Shown here: piece after piece, positions 39,661 through 50,891 of the stretch | Layout: each line of letters begins with the position of its first letter | Position numbering within the stretch: the first letter of the stretch is position 1 | DNA from: an uncultured Phycisphaeraceae bacterium | Lineage (GTDB): Bacteria; Planctomycetota; Phycisphaerae; UBA1845 | Direction of reading: 5' to 3' | Length of the DNA stretch: 64,000 bases | NCBI GenBank assembly: GCA_964526695.1 | Contig: CAZGJA010000091.1 | Span: 82,036-146,035, forward strand | Notes under the pieces: generated by a model | Databases searched by the model: none | Told to the model about the DNA's origin: nothing | Seen by the model: the letters and a program-made list of their open reading frames with translations, nothing else | Position numbers and translations under genes: made by a program

Positions 39661-39905
39661 GCGCGGATGGGTGGCGCGGTTGGGTGGCGCGAATGGGTGG
39701 CATGGCCTGGCGTACTCGCCTGGCGATGACGGATGACGCGCGAGCCTTCCTCCCCGCACAGGACGGTCGGGTGGCATGGCCTGGCGTACTCGCCTGGCCA
39801 TGACGGATGACGCGCGAGCCCTCCTCCCCGTATAGGACGGTCGGGTGGCATGGCCTGGCGTACTCGCCTGGCCATGTCGGAAGACGTGCAAGCCCGGTTT
39901 CCCGG
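39661..39905. repeat. Tandem array (about 2.8 x 74 nt) of REP-like units preceded by 3 x 13-nt mini-repeats
   Basis: Units at 39695..39768, 39769..39842 and 39843..about 39900 each contain gggtggcatggcctggcgtactcgcctggc. The track shadow ORFs translate it as WPGEYARPCHP. Confidence 0.8.
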
Positions 39906-39987
39906 AAAGGACGGATCCGCCGGCGCCGGCCCGCAGCGTCCTCCCCACGGACGCGTGCCGCCCGCGCCGCGCAACGGCAAGCAACGC

Positions 39988-40182
39988 TCACGGTCCGGCG
40001 GCTTCAAGAAGTTGAAACTGCACCACCGTGGCCACGGTGGCCGCGAGGTCTTCCGCGAAGGCTCGCGCCAACACGTCCGAACTGATGCACCCCGAAGCAG
40101 GCAGCAGAAGGGCGCCGACGACGAGGCGACTCAGGAGCGAACGCCGCGCGTGGAGTTTGAGCAGCCCGGTGCCTGACCTCAT
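39988..40182 (-). CDS. Small putative lipoprotein (64 aa)
   Basis: Internal ATG 40180..40182 with GGAGA SD. MRSGTGLLKLHARRSLLSRLVVGALLLPASGC has a lipobox. Confidence 0.3.
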   Translation of the reverse strand: MRSGTGLLKLHARRSLLSRLVVGALLLPASGCISSDVLARAFAEDLAATVATVVQFQLLEAAGP

Positions 40183-40425
40183 GTCGTTTTCTCCGTGGGG
40201 ATCGAGGTCGCCGCCGCCGTGATAAGCCTTCAGCCCTGCCGCCACAGGCCCCACTCCACGTAGGCAGGTGCACGCCTGCGTGCTCAAACACGAAAAAAGG
40301 CCAAGCCCGCGCGAGGCGCGAGCCGGGCCTTGAATTCAACGTATTGCAGAGACAAAGCCGTCCCCGCCGCGCCATCGGCGCGCGGACGCGCGGCATCCCG
40401 GCGTCGGGCTGGACTGCGGCGCGAC

Positions 40426-40653
40426 CTACGTCGTGGTCAGCCCGTCAGTCGTCCCACCGCTCGCTTCGTCATCAAGGCTGATGAAGAAGGCCGAGATCAA
40501 TGTGTCCGCCAGCGAACTCGTGGTGGTCTGCAGCCCGGCCAGGAGCGTGTCACGCACGGCCGGGTCGCAGCCGCTGACTTGGAACACACCGCCGCCCGCC
40601 GCGACACACGCCACCCACTTCGCCAACCGCATGCTCAAGCCGCGCCTTGCCAT
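40426..40653 (-). CDS. Small putative lipoprotein (75 aa)
   Basis: MARRGLSMRLAKWVACVAAGGGVFQVSGC has a lipobox. Weak evidence only. Confidence 0.2.
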   Translation of the reverse strand: MARRGLSMRLAKWVACVAAGGGVFQVSGCDPAVRDTLLAGLQTTTSSLADTLISAFFISLDDEASGGTTDGLTTT

Positions 40654-41099
40654 ACTCCGCTCCTTACTGTTGATCCCCAACCGCGCTCACGAGGGTCGCG
40701 CGGCGATGAACGCTCTCAAGGTTATCGAACGAATCAGCAAAAATCGAACAAGTCGAGCTTCGCTGCTTCCATCAAGGCTTCATCCGAGTTCCCGAAACCC
40801 ATGAACTTCATACCCATCGGTTTTGCGGACGTTGCAATTTAGTTCCGCACCACCTTTCCGGCAAGTCGCGGAAAACCCGCGGGCAGGTCAGGTCGCCGGC
40901 GACGGCTGGCCTTGGTCATGGGGCAGACGGATGACGCGGATCTCGGCGAGCCGGAATGCAGGATCGGCCTTGAGGCTGATTGAGCAATCGGCCTGCCCCG
41001 ACCCGCGAGCCGCAATGCCCAGGGTCACGGGCTCGCAGTTGGCAGCGATCCAGGGCCGCAATGCCCATTCAGGGTGCGGCCGGATATGATCCGGATCTT

Positions 41100-42251
41100 A
41101 TGGCCCAGCTTACGTGTCATACCGCCGGAGAGTCGCATGGTCGTGCGCTGATCGCCTTGATCGAGGGGATGCCGGCAGGGCTGCGCATCGACATCGACGG
41201 CGTGAACGCCGAACTCGCCCGGCGGCAAGGGGGTTATGGCCGCGGCGGGCGGATGAAGATCGAGCAGGACCAGGCGGAGGTTCTTTCCGGGCTGCGCGGC
41301 GGGGTCACGCTCGGCTCGCCGATCGCCGTCCAGATCGTCAACCGTGATTGTCGCATCGACACGGCGCCGCCCGTGCATCACCCCCGCCCCGGTCATGCGG
41401 ACCTGGCGGGGAGCCTGAAGTGGCTGACGACCGACTGCCGCAACGTGCTGGAGCGCGCGTCGGCGCGGGAGACTGCGGCGCGGGTGGCCGCCGGCGCCGT
41501 CGCGCGACACGTGCTGCGGGAGTTCGAAATCGACGTCGTCGGCTTTGTGGTCGCCATCGGCGACGTGCGGGCGCAAGTTGCCGAGACCCTGAGCGCAGCG
41601 GAGTTGCGAGCCTCGCGCGACGCCAACGAAGCGTACTGCCCCGACGCCGCCGCTGCTGCGGCGATGATCGAAGCGATCCACCAGGTGAAGGTCGATCAGG
41701 ACACACTCGGCGGCGTGGTGGAGGCGCGTGTGTTCAACGCCCCGCCGGGGCTGGGCAGTTGCATGAGGTGGCAGGACAAGCTCGACGGGCGGCTGATGCA
41801 GGCGGTCGGCTCGATTCAGGCGATCAAGGGCGTGGAGATCGGGGCGGGCTTTGCGGCGGCGGCGCTTCCCGGCAGTCGCGTTCATGACGAGATCGACTTC
41901 GACGCCGCGCTTCGCGGCTCGCCGTGCCTGGGCTTTGCGCGCCGATCCAATCGCGCCGGCGGCATCGAAGGCGGCATGAGCAACGGGCAACCGATCCTCG
42001 TCCGTGCGGCCATGAAGCCCATCAGCACGCTGCTCAAAGGGCTGGACAGCGTCAACCTGATCACCAAGGAGGCGCAGCGGTCGGACTACGAGCGCAGCGA
42101 CGTGTGTGCGGTCCCGGCCGCCAGCGTCGTGGTGGAAAACGTGGTCGCCTTCGAGATCGCCCGGGCATTTCTTGAGAAGTTCGGCGGGGACACGCTGACG
42201 GAGGTGCGGGCGGCTTACGACGGATTTCTCCGCGCCGCGCGCGCGATGTAA
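41100..42251 (+). CDS. aroC: Chorismate synthase
   Basis: TAGESHGRALIALIEGMPAGL and GGRSSARETAARV are AroC signatures. The start is taken at internal ATG 41100. Confidence 0.9.
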   Translation: MAQLTCHTAGESHGRALIALIEGMPAGLRIDIDGVNAELARRQGGYGRGGRMKIEQDQAEVLSGLRGGVTLGSPIAVQIVNRDCRIDTAPPVHHPRPGHADLAGSLKWLTTDCRNVLERASARETAARVAAGAVARHVLREFEIDVVGFVVAIGDVRAQVAETLSAAELRASRDANEAYCPDAAAAAAMIEAIHQVKVDQDTLGGVVEARVFNAPPGLGSCMRWQDKLDGRLMQAVGSIQAIKGVEIGAGFAAAALPGSRVHDEIDFDAALRGSPCLGFARRSNRAGGIEGGMSNGQPILVRAAMKPISTLLKGLDSVNLITKEAQRSDYERSDVCAVPAASVVVENVVAFEIARAFLEKFGGDTLTEVRAAYDGFLRAARAM

Positions 42252-42284
42252 GGACGAGTCGATCCCGCCTCCTCGCGAATCAAC

Positions 42285-43334
42285 ATGCTGGCCATCGGTC
42301 GCGTTCAACTCGCTCATCCCTTCGTTCAGGCCGCCCTCAGCGGCTACAGCGACCTGCCGATGCGTCGGATCGCCCGGCGCTGCGGGGCGTCGTACGCGCT
42401 GAACGAAGTCGTGCTCGACAAGCTGGTGCTTCAGCGCGGAAAGAAGCAGCGCGTGGTGATGGACGTGCCGGCGGACGATCACCCCGTCGGCGGGCAGCTC
42501 ATGGGCAGCGACCCGGACGTGTTCGCGCCGGCCGCGGCGGCGATGGCGCAGGCGGGATACGACGTCATCGACATCAACTTCGGCTGCCCGGTGAGCAAGG
42601 TGCTGGGGCGATGCCGGGGCGGATACATGCTTTCGCAGCCGGCGCAGGCGATCGAGATCGTGCGGCGGGTGATCGACGCGGTCGGGCGGACGCACCCCGT
42701 GACGGTCAAGATGCGCCGCGGCATGGACGACTCGCCCGAGAGCGAGCGCCACTTCTTCGCGATTCTCGACGCGGCGTTCGAACTGGGCGCATCCGCGATC
42801 ACGGTCCACGGACGCACGGTGCGGCAGAAGTACGTCGGGGCGAGCAACTGGGAGTTTCTCGCCCGCGTGAAGCGCCACGTGGGCGGGCGCACGATCCTGG
42901 GCAGCGGCGATCTGTTCGACGCCCCGGCCTGCGTTCGCATGATGCGCGAGACGGGCGTGGACGGCGTGACGATCGCGCGCGGGGGCATCGGCAATCCGTG
43001 GATTTTCGGCGAGTGCGTCGCGCTGGCGCGCGGCGAGCCGCTGCCCCCTCCGCCCTCCGTGCCCGAGCAGGGGCGCATCATCGCCGAGCACTTCCGCGAG
43101 ACCGTGGATCACGTCGGCGAGCACAAGGCCGGCCAGGTGATGCGCAAGTTCGGCATCAAGTATTCCGAGCTGCATCCCGGCGGACGGGCCGTGCGCGACG
43201 CGTTCATCCGCGCCACGACGACCGCGGAGTTCCAACGCGTGCTGGATGAGTGGTACGCGCCGGACAGGGCGTGGCCCGAGACGCGCCGGCGCGAGGGCTT
43301 CGGCGACCTGATCGCAGCGGGCGCATGCGAATAA
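42285..43334 (+). CDS. dus: tRNA-dihydrouridine synthase
   Basis: LAPMAGYSDLP-type N-terminus, INFGCPVSKV and FMN-binding TIM-barrel motifs. Confidence 0.85.
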   Translation: MLAIGRVQLAHPFVQAALSGYSDLPMRRIARRCGASYALNEVVLDKLVLQRGKKQRVVMDVPADDHPVGGQLMGSDPDVFAPAAAAMAQAGYDVIDINFGCPVSKVLGRCRGGYMLSQPAQAIEIVRRVIDAVGRTHPVTVKMRRGMDDSPESERHFFAILDAAFELGASAITVHGRTVRQKYVGASNWEFLARVKRHVGGRTILGSGDLFDAPACVRMMRETGVDGVTIARGGIGNPWIFGECVALARGEPLPPPPSVPEQGRIIAEHFRETVDHVGEHKAGQVMRKFGIKYSELHPGGRAVRDAFIRATTTAEFQRVLDEWYAPDRAWPETRRREGFGDLIAAGACE

Positions 43335-43704
43335 CCCGTGCGAGTGTGCTGCTTCCTTGAGACAGCAACGTATCCGAAACGGAGATGGCGGGCGAGGACG
43401 CCCGCCCCCCGCAAGTCAGCCCCCCAAGATTCAACGTTGTGAGCTTTGAGAGGCGGTACCCGAGCGAAGCCACCACTTCTCAAGCCCGCATCACGGACCA
43501 ACAACTCCACATCACCGACCAACAACTCCGCATCACGGACCGACGAAGCGCCGCGTTCCGCCGACCCCTCGCAAACGCAAACGACCCCTGCGGAAGCAAA
43601 TCCGCAAGGGTCGTCAGCTAATCCGTGCTGCGAACGGCACATCTCCGGGCGCTCATCGTGTCTGATGCCCCATTCGCCATTCACCATTCGGCATTCGCCA
43701 TTTC

Positions 43705-45399
<1,695 letters not shown>

Positions 45400-45423
45400 T
45401 CCGAATCGGTTTCAATGCCTGGG

Positions 45424-45639
45424 CTATCGTTTTCTTTTCGATTTCGAAAGTGCGAACTCTGCGAGTTCGTTCCAACTCAAGGGATGCCCGTACGTGTGGT
45501 CTGCCGGTACCCACTCAATCCCACCTTTGCTCGCTTTGAGCGTGCCGAATTTGTTCGACCCTTTCTTGACGGGGAAGACCACGTCCGCCTTTCCGAGCGG
45601 GCGCCCTGGAACAGTGAACTTGACTTCATGCGATGCCAC
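45424..45639 (-). CDS. Hypothetical small protein (71 aa) between groEL and groES
   Basis: Protein-like composition ([35 protein letters not shown]). Confidence 0.3.
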   Translation of the reverse strand: MASHEVKFTVPGRPLGKADVVFPVKKGSNKFGTLKASKGGIEWVPADHTYGHPLSWNELAEFALSKSKRKR

Positions 45640-45735
45640 TGCGAAATTTCCTTCACTTCAGGCTTCGAGCAGGAGGGCGCTGAGTTAGCCCCGTTCACGA
45701 CCCAACCACGCCCGGCACGCCCGGCTCGTCCAAGC

Positions 45736-46008
45736 TCATCCGTCTTCCGTCAAATCCACGTCCCACTCCTCAGGTGTATAGGTGAGCAGCATGCTGATCA
45801 GCTCAACTTCCTGAGGGGCTATCTGCGCTTTACGCACGGCCTCGTCGAGGGCGTCACGCATGAGCCGCCGGCGATCGGGATAATCCAAATCGAGGAACTT
45901 GGGTGAAATCACGTGACCGCAAATCCGTCCATTGGGCAGCGTATCAAGGCGTGCCTCACCCCCAAGCGTACCGACGAGGATGGATTTCACTTTTTCCTGG
46001 AGGTGCAT
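45736..46008 (-). CDS. Hypothetical small protein (90 aa) between groEL and groES
   Basis: Protein-like composition. Overlaps the next ORF by 22 nt. Confidence 0.35.
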   Translation of the reverse strand: MHLQEKVKSILVGTLGGEARLDTLPNGRICGHVISPKFLDLDYPDRRRLMRDALDEAVRKAQIAPQEVELISMLLTYTPEEWDVDLTEDG

Positions 46009-46448
46009 ACTCTCTCGCCTCTGCTCACGACAATCTCCGCCGCGTTAAGGACCGAACGCGCATTCGCTTTCTCAGGGTCGCCGACAACGCGCCTGCCTCG
46101 AATTCTGCGCATCCGACCCGTTCGCTGGAGTTGTTTCGAGAACCTGGCGGAACCCGTAAACCGCAGATCATTTCTCCAGATCACCGCCAATTCGTTCACC
46201 GCATCCGCGACGGCGTCATCCTCGCTTCTATGGAACATTCCCAGATCCCGCGCCTGCTTCAGGTGCTCACGAAGATCATGACCCAGCTCCAGTTCACGAT
46301 GCCTGACGATCAAGCAGCGCAGCATGCTTTGGGCGGCGCGACCCGCAAGATAGATGGCGCCACGCCACCGTCCTGATTCGTAAAGCTCATTGGCTTCGTC
46401 AAGACGGCAAAGTGCGCCTTCTCGATAGTCCTGCGGGCCAAGGGACAT
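45987..46448 (-). CDS. Hypothetical protein, possibly HEPN-like (153 aa)
   Basis: Helical. AIYLAGRAAQSMLRCLIVRHRELELGHDLREHL resembles HEPN helices with an R-x5-H motif. Starts 2 nt after the groES stop. Confidence 0.35.
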   Translation of the reverse strand: MSLGPQDYREGALCRLDEANELYESGRWRGAIYLAGRAAQSMLRCLIVRHRELELGHDLREHLKQARDLGMFHRSEDDAVADAVNELAVIWRNDLRFTGSARFSKQLQRTGRMRRIRGRRVVGDPEKANARSVLNAAEIVVSRGERVCTSRKK

Positions 46449-46450
46449 CG

Positions 46451-46749
46451 CTACTTCTCAATCACCCCCAGCACGTCCGACTCGTCCATGATCAGGTACT
46501 CGTTGCCCGACATCTTGATGTCGCTGCCCGCGTAGCTGGTGAACACGACCTCGTCGTTGACCCGCAGTTGCATCGGGCTGCGCGTCCCGTCATCCAGCAG
46601 CTTGCCCGTGCCCACCGCCAGAACGATGCCGCGCTTCGGCTTCTCCTTGGCTGTGTCGGGAAGGACGATGCCCCCCGCCGTCTTCTCCTCCGCCTCCAGC
46701 CGCTTGACGATGATCTTGTCGTTGAGGGGCTTGATGTTCAGCTTGGCCA
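46451..46749 (-). CDS. groES: Co-chaperonin GroES
   Basis: GTG start 46747..46749 with AGGAGG SD. (V)AKLNIKPLNDKIIVKRLEAEEKTAGGIVLPDTAKEKP. Confidence 0.85.
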
Positions 46750-46998
46750 CGTGGTCAGTCCTCCTGCACGAAAAACCGGGGTGTCGCAAAAGTCAAAACG
46801 CACCTCTCCCATCCCTCCGCGATGCAACCCATGTGCCGCCGCCAGCGCCGTCCACGGGATGCCGATCGGAGAGCATAACTTATTTGCCAGAAACAGGATA
46901 GGGCGGGGCGTCGCGGTCGGGGCAGCGTCTATCGCCGCAGCGCCCGCTGCAATCTTGGCACAGGCGGTAGCCGTCGCGGTGCGACCTCTGACAGATTG

Positions 46999-49791
46999 TC
47001 AGCCGCCTTCAGGCCGATCTGGAAGCGGCTTCGGTGGGCCGGTCAGCTTCGCTCGAACCTCCTCCCGCAGCCACTCGATCGCCCCGCGTTCGTCGTCGCT
47101 GAATCGCCGGATGACCTCCCAGACGGGACGGGCGGCGTCCAGGTCGAGTGATCGGCTCAGGCTCGCTTCCGCGTCTTTCAGGGTTCCCGGCTCGCTCGAA
47201 GCGTCGCCGGCCTGCAGTTGGCACTCGCCCAGCAGCCGCCACGCGGAGGGGTCCGACGGGTAAAGCTGAACCACGCGCTGGGCGGCCTCCACTGCGCGGC
47301 GCAGGTGTTCCGCACGCTGCGTCCCGGTTGGCTCGGATTCAGACGTCAACCGTGAGGCCGCGGCCTGTTCGATGCGCGCGACGCGTCGTGAAATCTCCGC
47401 GCGAGAAGGATCGCGCCGCTTCGCCTCGTCCAATGCGACGCGGACTTCGCCGAACCACTCCGGCGAAACGGGCAGAGCACCGCCCACGCACAGCGACGCC
47501 AGCCATTCGCCCTGCTCCACGCACGGCGTCGGATCCCATGAGTCCAGCCGGGCCGCGTCGTCGAATCGCCCCAGCACGCGCCGCACGGCCGCCTCCACGA
47601 CATCGCGCCGCGCCGCGTCGTTGGCGAACTGCCGCGGAGGCACGCTTCGCCTCGCCAGCTCTCGCGCCTCGGCGAGAGCGCGGTTCGACTGCCCCACGAC
47701 CCATGTCTGCCACGCCGTGAAGCCGAGCAGGATCAGGATCGCCGACGTCACCAGCGAGCAAGCCACGCGGGGGAAGGGTGTTCTGTGTGCGGCTTCGTCT
47801 TGTCTCTCGGTTCGCGAACTCGGCGCCGCAGTTTCCATGGGCGTGTGCCGCATCGAAGCGGCCAGCGCATACAGCGCCAGCGCCGTCGTGGCCGACGCGG
47901 GAACGAACAGCGCGAAGTTAACGGTGTCCTGAATGACAAACGCCGCAAGCCCCGCGCAGGCGCCCGCGAACATCAGAGGTTCGGTCGCGGCGAAAGGGAC
48001 CATCGACGCACAATCCCCGGCCTTTCGTTGTGCCGATGAACTGCGTTCCACGGAAGCGCCGGGCAGAGCAACCAGCAGGAACGCGGCGATCCAAACCGGC
48101 AGCGCGACGTAGGTCTGCAGCAGCATGAACGCCCCGCTGTCGGCTCCGAGCAGCGGCAGGCGGATGCCGAAGATGACCAACGCCAGCACGAGCGATTGAA
48201 TGACGACGGTCCGTCGCGAAGGCGGATCCCGATGGGCTTCGAGCGGGAGAGCTACGCGAGTTGCTTCGGTCCCGGGGATCGAAACCCCGTCGCCCGCGCG
48301 CTCGCCACCCGCGCGCCCGCCGCCCGGACCGCCGACTCCCGCCAGCCACGCGCTTCCGCCGATCAGCAGCGTCATCAGGCCCGCCAAGCCGAGCACGCCG
48401 AAATCCGCCGCCGCCTGCACGACGAAGTTGTGCGGGCTGGCCACTTCCTCCGGGCTTTCGATCGACTTGTATTGAACGTAGTGGCGGCCGAAGTTTTCGC
48501 GCCCCACGCCGGTCCAGAGGTGATCGCGAATCATGCCCGCCGACGCCGTCCAGTATTGCCAGCGGAAGTTCAGCGACGCGCCCGGCAGCGACTTGTGATA
48601 AAGCCCGTGTCCGATCGCCGCCGCCGCGCTCATTGCCACGCCCAGCCACGCGGCCACAAACACCGCGCGCCGCCGTCGCTCCACAAAAACGCGCCATGCG
48701 GCCCATCGCCGAAGCACCGCCGCGCCGACCCATACCACCCCGACCAGAGCAAGGCTCGCCAGTGCCCCCGTGCTGCCGGTAAGGAACATCGCGAGCACGA
48801 GCATCGCAATCAGCAGGATGCTCAGCGCGCCGACCCATCCGGCCCCTTGCGAGTCGTCAGCGCTGGAGAGGACGCCCTCAGAACCCCCCACGCCAGTGGG
48901 GGGCCGACCTTCGGCAGTGTTCCGCGGCGCATTCGCGATCATGCGCTGCGGCGCATGATCCGAGCCGCGACCGTAAGGGAGCGCGCCCTGCGGCGCATGA
49001 TCCGTGCCGCGACCGTCAGGGAGCGGTTCCGACGGGTTCCGAGACACCGCTTCCTTACGGGCGCGGCTCTGATCGGGCACCGCTTCCTTGCAGGCGCGGC
49101 TCTGTTGCCGCGATCGCGCTGCGGCGCCAGCGGCTACCGCGCCCGTCAGCGCCAGTGCGACCATCGCCAGGTATCCGCCGGCCACGTTGCCGTGATAGAA
49201 GAACCCGTCCGGCTCCCCGGCGCGCAGCCGCGCCTCGTACATGCGCACGATGGCCGAGTCGAGCGGCACGCCGCGCTCCCGCCAGAACTCCGTGCGATGC
49301 TCCTCGTAAAACCGCCGCGTTTCCGGCAGCGAGAAGTAGGCCTCGTCGAGGCACTCCACCGCGTTCGCCGACGCCGAGGCGACGATCACGCCGAGCAGCA
49401 CGCGCCGCCGCCATCGCGTGGTCACTTCCTGCACCAGCGCCATCGCCAGCACCGGCAGGCACAGCCAGTCGATCGCGGCATTGACCGCCACGCGCTTCTG
49501 CTGCGCGAACGCGCACGACACGCCCGCCGCGACGACCAGCAGCAGGAATCCCCACTCCAGCCCCGTCCGCCGATACGTCCGCGTCCACGCCCGACGCGCG
49601 ATCAGCCCGGTGGCGGCCGCGAGAATCGCCAGATCCACCCCCAGCGTCCGCACCGGCATCGCCGGCAGAAGCTGCGAAACGCCGGACGAAATCACGTCCT
49701 GCGCGGAATCAAACGTCTCCCCGATCAGAGGCCGCAGACCCACCACGACGAGCAGGATCAGGAGCGGAATGCGACGGAGGATGAGGTTCAC
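46999..49791 (-). CDS. O-antigen ligase/Wzy_C-like polytopic membrane protein with C-terminal TPR region. The start is uncertain.
   Basis: Many TM helices. PHNFVVQAAADFGVLGL is an O-antigen-ligase-like loop. C-terminal TPR-like helices are present. There is an internal tandem duplication at 48950..49100. Upstream of GTG 49789..49791 the track ORF overlaps the next gene. Confidence 0.65.
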   Translation of the reverse strand: MNLILRRIPLLILLVVVGLRPLIGETFDSAQDVISSGVSQLLPAMPVRTLGVDLAILAAATGLIARRAWTRTYRRTGLEWGFLLLVVAAGVSCAFAQQKRVAVNAAIDWLCLPVLAMALVQEVTTRWRRRVLLGVIVASASANAVECLDEAYFSLPETRRFYEEHRTEFWRERGVPLDSAIVRMYEARLRAGEPDGFFYHGNVAGGYLAMVALALTGAVAAGAAARSRQQSRACKEAVPDQSRARKEAVSRNPSEPLPDGRGTDHAPQGALPYGRGSDHAPQRMIANAPRNTAEGRPPTGVGGSEGVLSSADDSQGAGWVGALSILLIAMLVLAMFLTGSTGALASLALVGVVWVGAAVLRRWAAWRVFVERRRRAVFVAAWLGVAMSAAAAIGHGLYHKSLPGASLNFRWQYWTASAGMIRDHLWTGVGRENFGRHYVQYKSIESPEEVASPHNFVVQAAADFGVLGLAGLMTLLIGGSAWLAGVGGPGGGRAGGERAGDGVSIPGTEATRVALPLEAHRDPPSRRTVVIQSLVLALVIFGIRLPLLGADSGAFMLLQTYVALPVWIAAFLLVALPGASVERSSSAQRKAGDCASMVPFAATEPLMFAGACAGLAAFVIQDTVNFALFVPASATTALALYALAASMRHTPMETAAPSSRTERQDEAAHRTPFPRVACSLVTSAILILLGFTAWQTWVVGQSNRALAEARELARRSVPPRQFANDAARRDVVEAAVRRVLGRFDDAARLDSWDPTPCVEQGEWLASLCVGGALPVSPEWFGEVRVALDEAKRRDPSRAEISRRVARIEQAAASRLTSESEPTGTQRAEHLRRAVEAAQRVVQLYPSDPSAWRLLGECQLQAGDASSEPGTLKDAEASLSRSLDLDAARPVWEVIRRFSDDERGAIEWLREEVRAKLTGPPKPLPDRPEGG

Positions 49792-49825
49792 GGGATGTGC
49801 CGGGCGCGCGGATGCGACGCGGTGC

Positions 49826-50728
49826 TTACCACCAGATGGACTTCCATGCCCAGTAGCATACCACCCACGCGACGGTCCACGCCACACGCGCCGCCCAGAA
49901 CTCCGGCGTGATCCGTCGCGAACCCCGAACCGTGGTGGCAGGCGTGATGGCGCTGCCGCATTCCGGGCAGCGCGGCGTCGTCAGACCGGTGAGGTTGTAG
50001 CCGCAGGGTCGGCAGTGCGGTGTCGTGCCTTGGCGCGGCCACTGGCGAACCATCGGCACGGCGACGGACACGATCGCGCCAAGGATGGACGCCATGCCGG
50101 CTAGCGCGTGCATCGCTGTGAGGCCCGAAACCAAAGTCGCCGTCACCCACCCCATGTCGCTTAGCACGTCGTCATAGGACTTGTCGCGGACGTCAACAAC
50201 GCGATATGAGATTCCGTCCGCCTCGTACGCCTTGGTGAGGCGCCTGACGAAATCCTCCGTGCGATATCCAAGCCCGGCCTCGATGGTTACCGGCTGGGTG
50301 CGGAGAAAGCCCGCTTCACACGTCACACGCCAGGTGAACGCGACCCGATCCGGCTCCTCGCCGTTGTATTGTTCAGAAGCGGTGTTGGCCATCCTGTAAT
50401 AGTCCGGATCACGCAGACTCGTGGAGCTGGGCCCACGTAATCCGCTCAGTCGATTGGGCTTGGCCAGGCAAGCGGGATCCTGCATCACCGACTTGATCCA
50501 GTCCCGGTATTCCTGTTCGAATTCTGTGCAGATCTGATCGGTCGTCGCGGTCAACTTGACAAAGGAGTTCAGCCTCAGCAAGCCCGCACGGGCAAGCAAC
50601 TTCGTGGTGACGAGAGCCGTCAATGCGATGGCGATGAGAACCCAGTAGCGCACCGGAGACATCTGCCTGACGCCCTCAGGGCGTTCCTCCACACGTAACT
50701 CAGGGAGCACAGGTCGATCGCCCGCCAT
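49826..50728 (-). CDS. Membrane protein with periplasmic domain and C-terminal CxxCGYNL-x8-CPECG zinc ribbon
   Basis: Start taken at internal ATG 50726..50728. TM helices are present. HCRPCGYNLTGLTTPRCPECGSAIT is a paralogous motif to 16562..17056. Confidence 0.45.
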   Translation of the reverse strand: MAGDRPVLPELRVEERPEGVRQMSPVRYWVLIAIALTALVTTKLLARAGLLRLNSFVKLTATTDQICTEFEQEYRDWIKSVMQDPACLAKPNRLSGLRGPSSTSLRDPDYYRMANTASEQYNGEEPDRVAFTWRVTCEAGFLRTQPVTIEAGLGYRTEDFVRRLTKAYEADGISYRVVDVRDKSYDDVLSDMGWVTATLVSGLTAMHALAGMASILGAIVSVAVPMVRQWPRQGTTPHCRPCGYNLTGLTTPRCPECGSAITPATTVRGSRRITPEFWAARVAWTVAWVVCYWAWKSIWW

Positions 50729-50891
50729 CTGACTGGTCTCACCCTTCAAAACGGCGTCCCGCATTCTGGGCAGCGACGCTCCGGCAGCCCTCGGAAATTG
50801 TACCCGCAACGCATGTGGTCGCATTCTAGCCGACGGCTTACGTATTCGAGGCTGCTTCTGAACCGATAATCGAACCTGCACGCCTCCAGGG

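Noticed and set aside
37979-39905. Possible CRISPR array
   Set aside because: Repeats are heterogeneous in unit length (13, 19, 25, 74 nt). The tandem ones abut without unique spacers of regular length, and there are no cas genes nearby.
39435-40007. ORFs translating WPGEYARPCHP-containing peptides (also 38955..39236, 39586..39984, 57308..58033)
   Set aside because: The shared peptide is just the REP-like DNA element read in one frame. The ORFs are otherwise Arg/Pro-rich. The true gene on this stretch is the DUF4920 lipoprotein, which starts at GTG 39556.
41025-43235. 736-aa minus-strand ORF across aroC and dus
   Set aside because: Antisense to two confidently identified housekeeping genes. 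Arg/His-rich composition.
48196-49911. 571-aa plus-strand ORF within the O-antigen-ligase region
   Set aside because: Arg/Pro/His-rich shadow. The minus strand encodes a coherent polytopic membrane protein.
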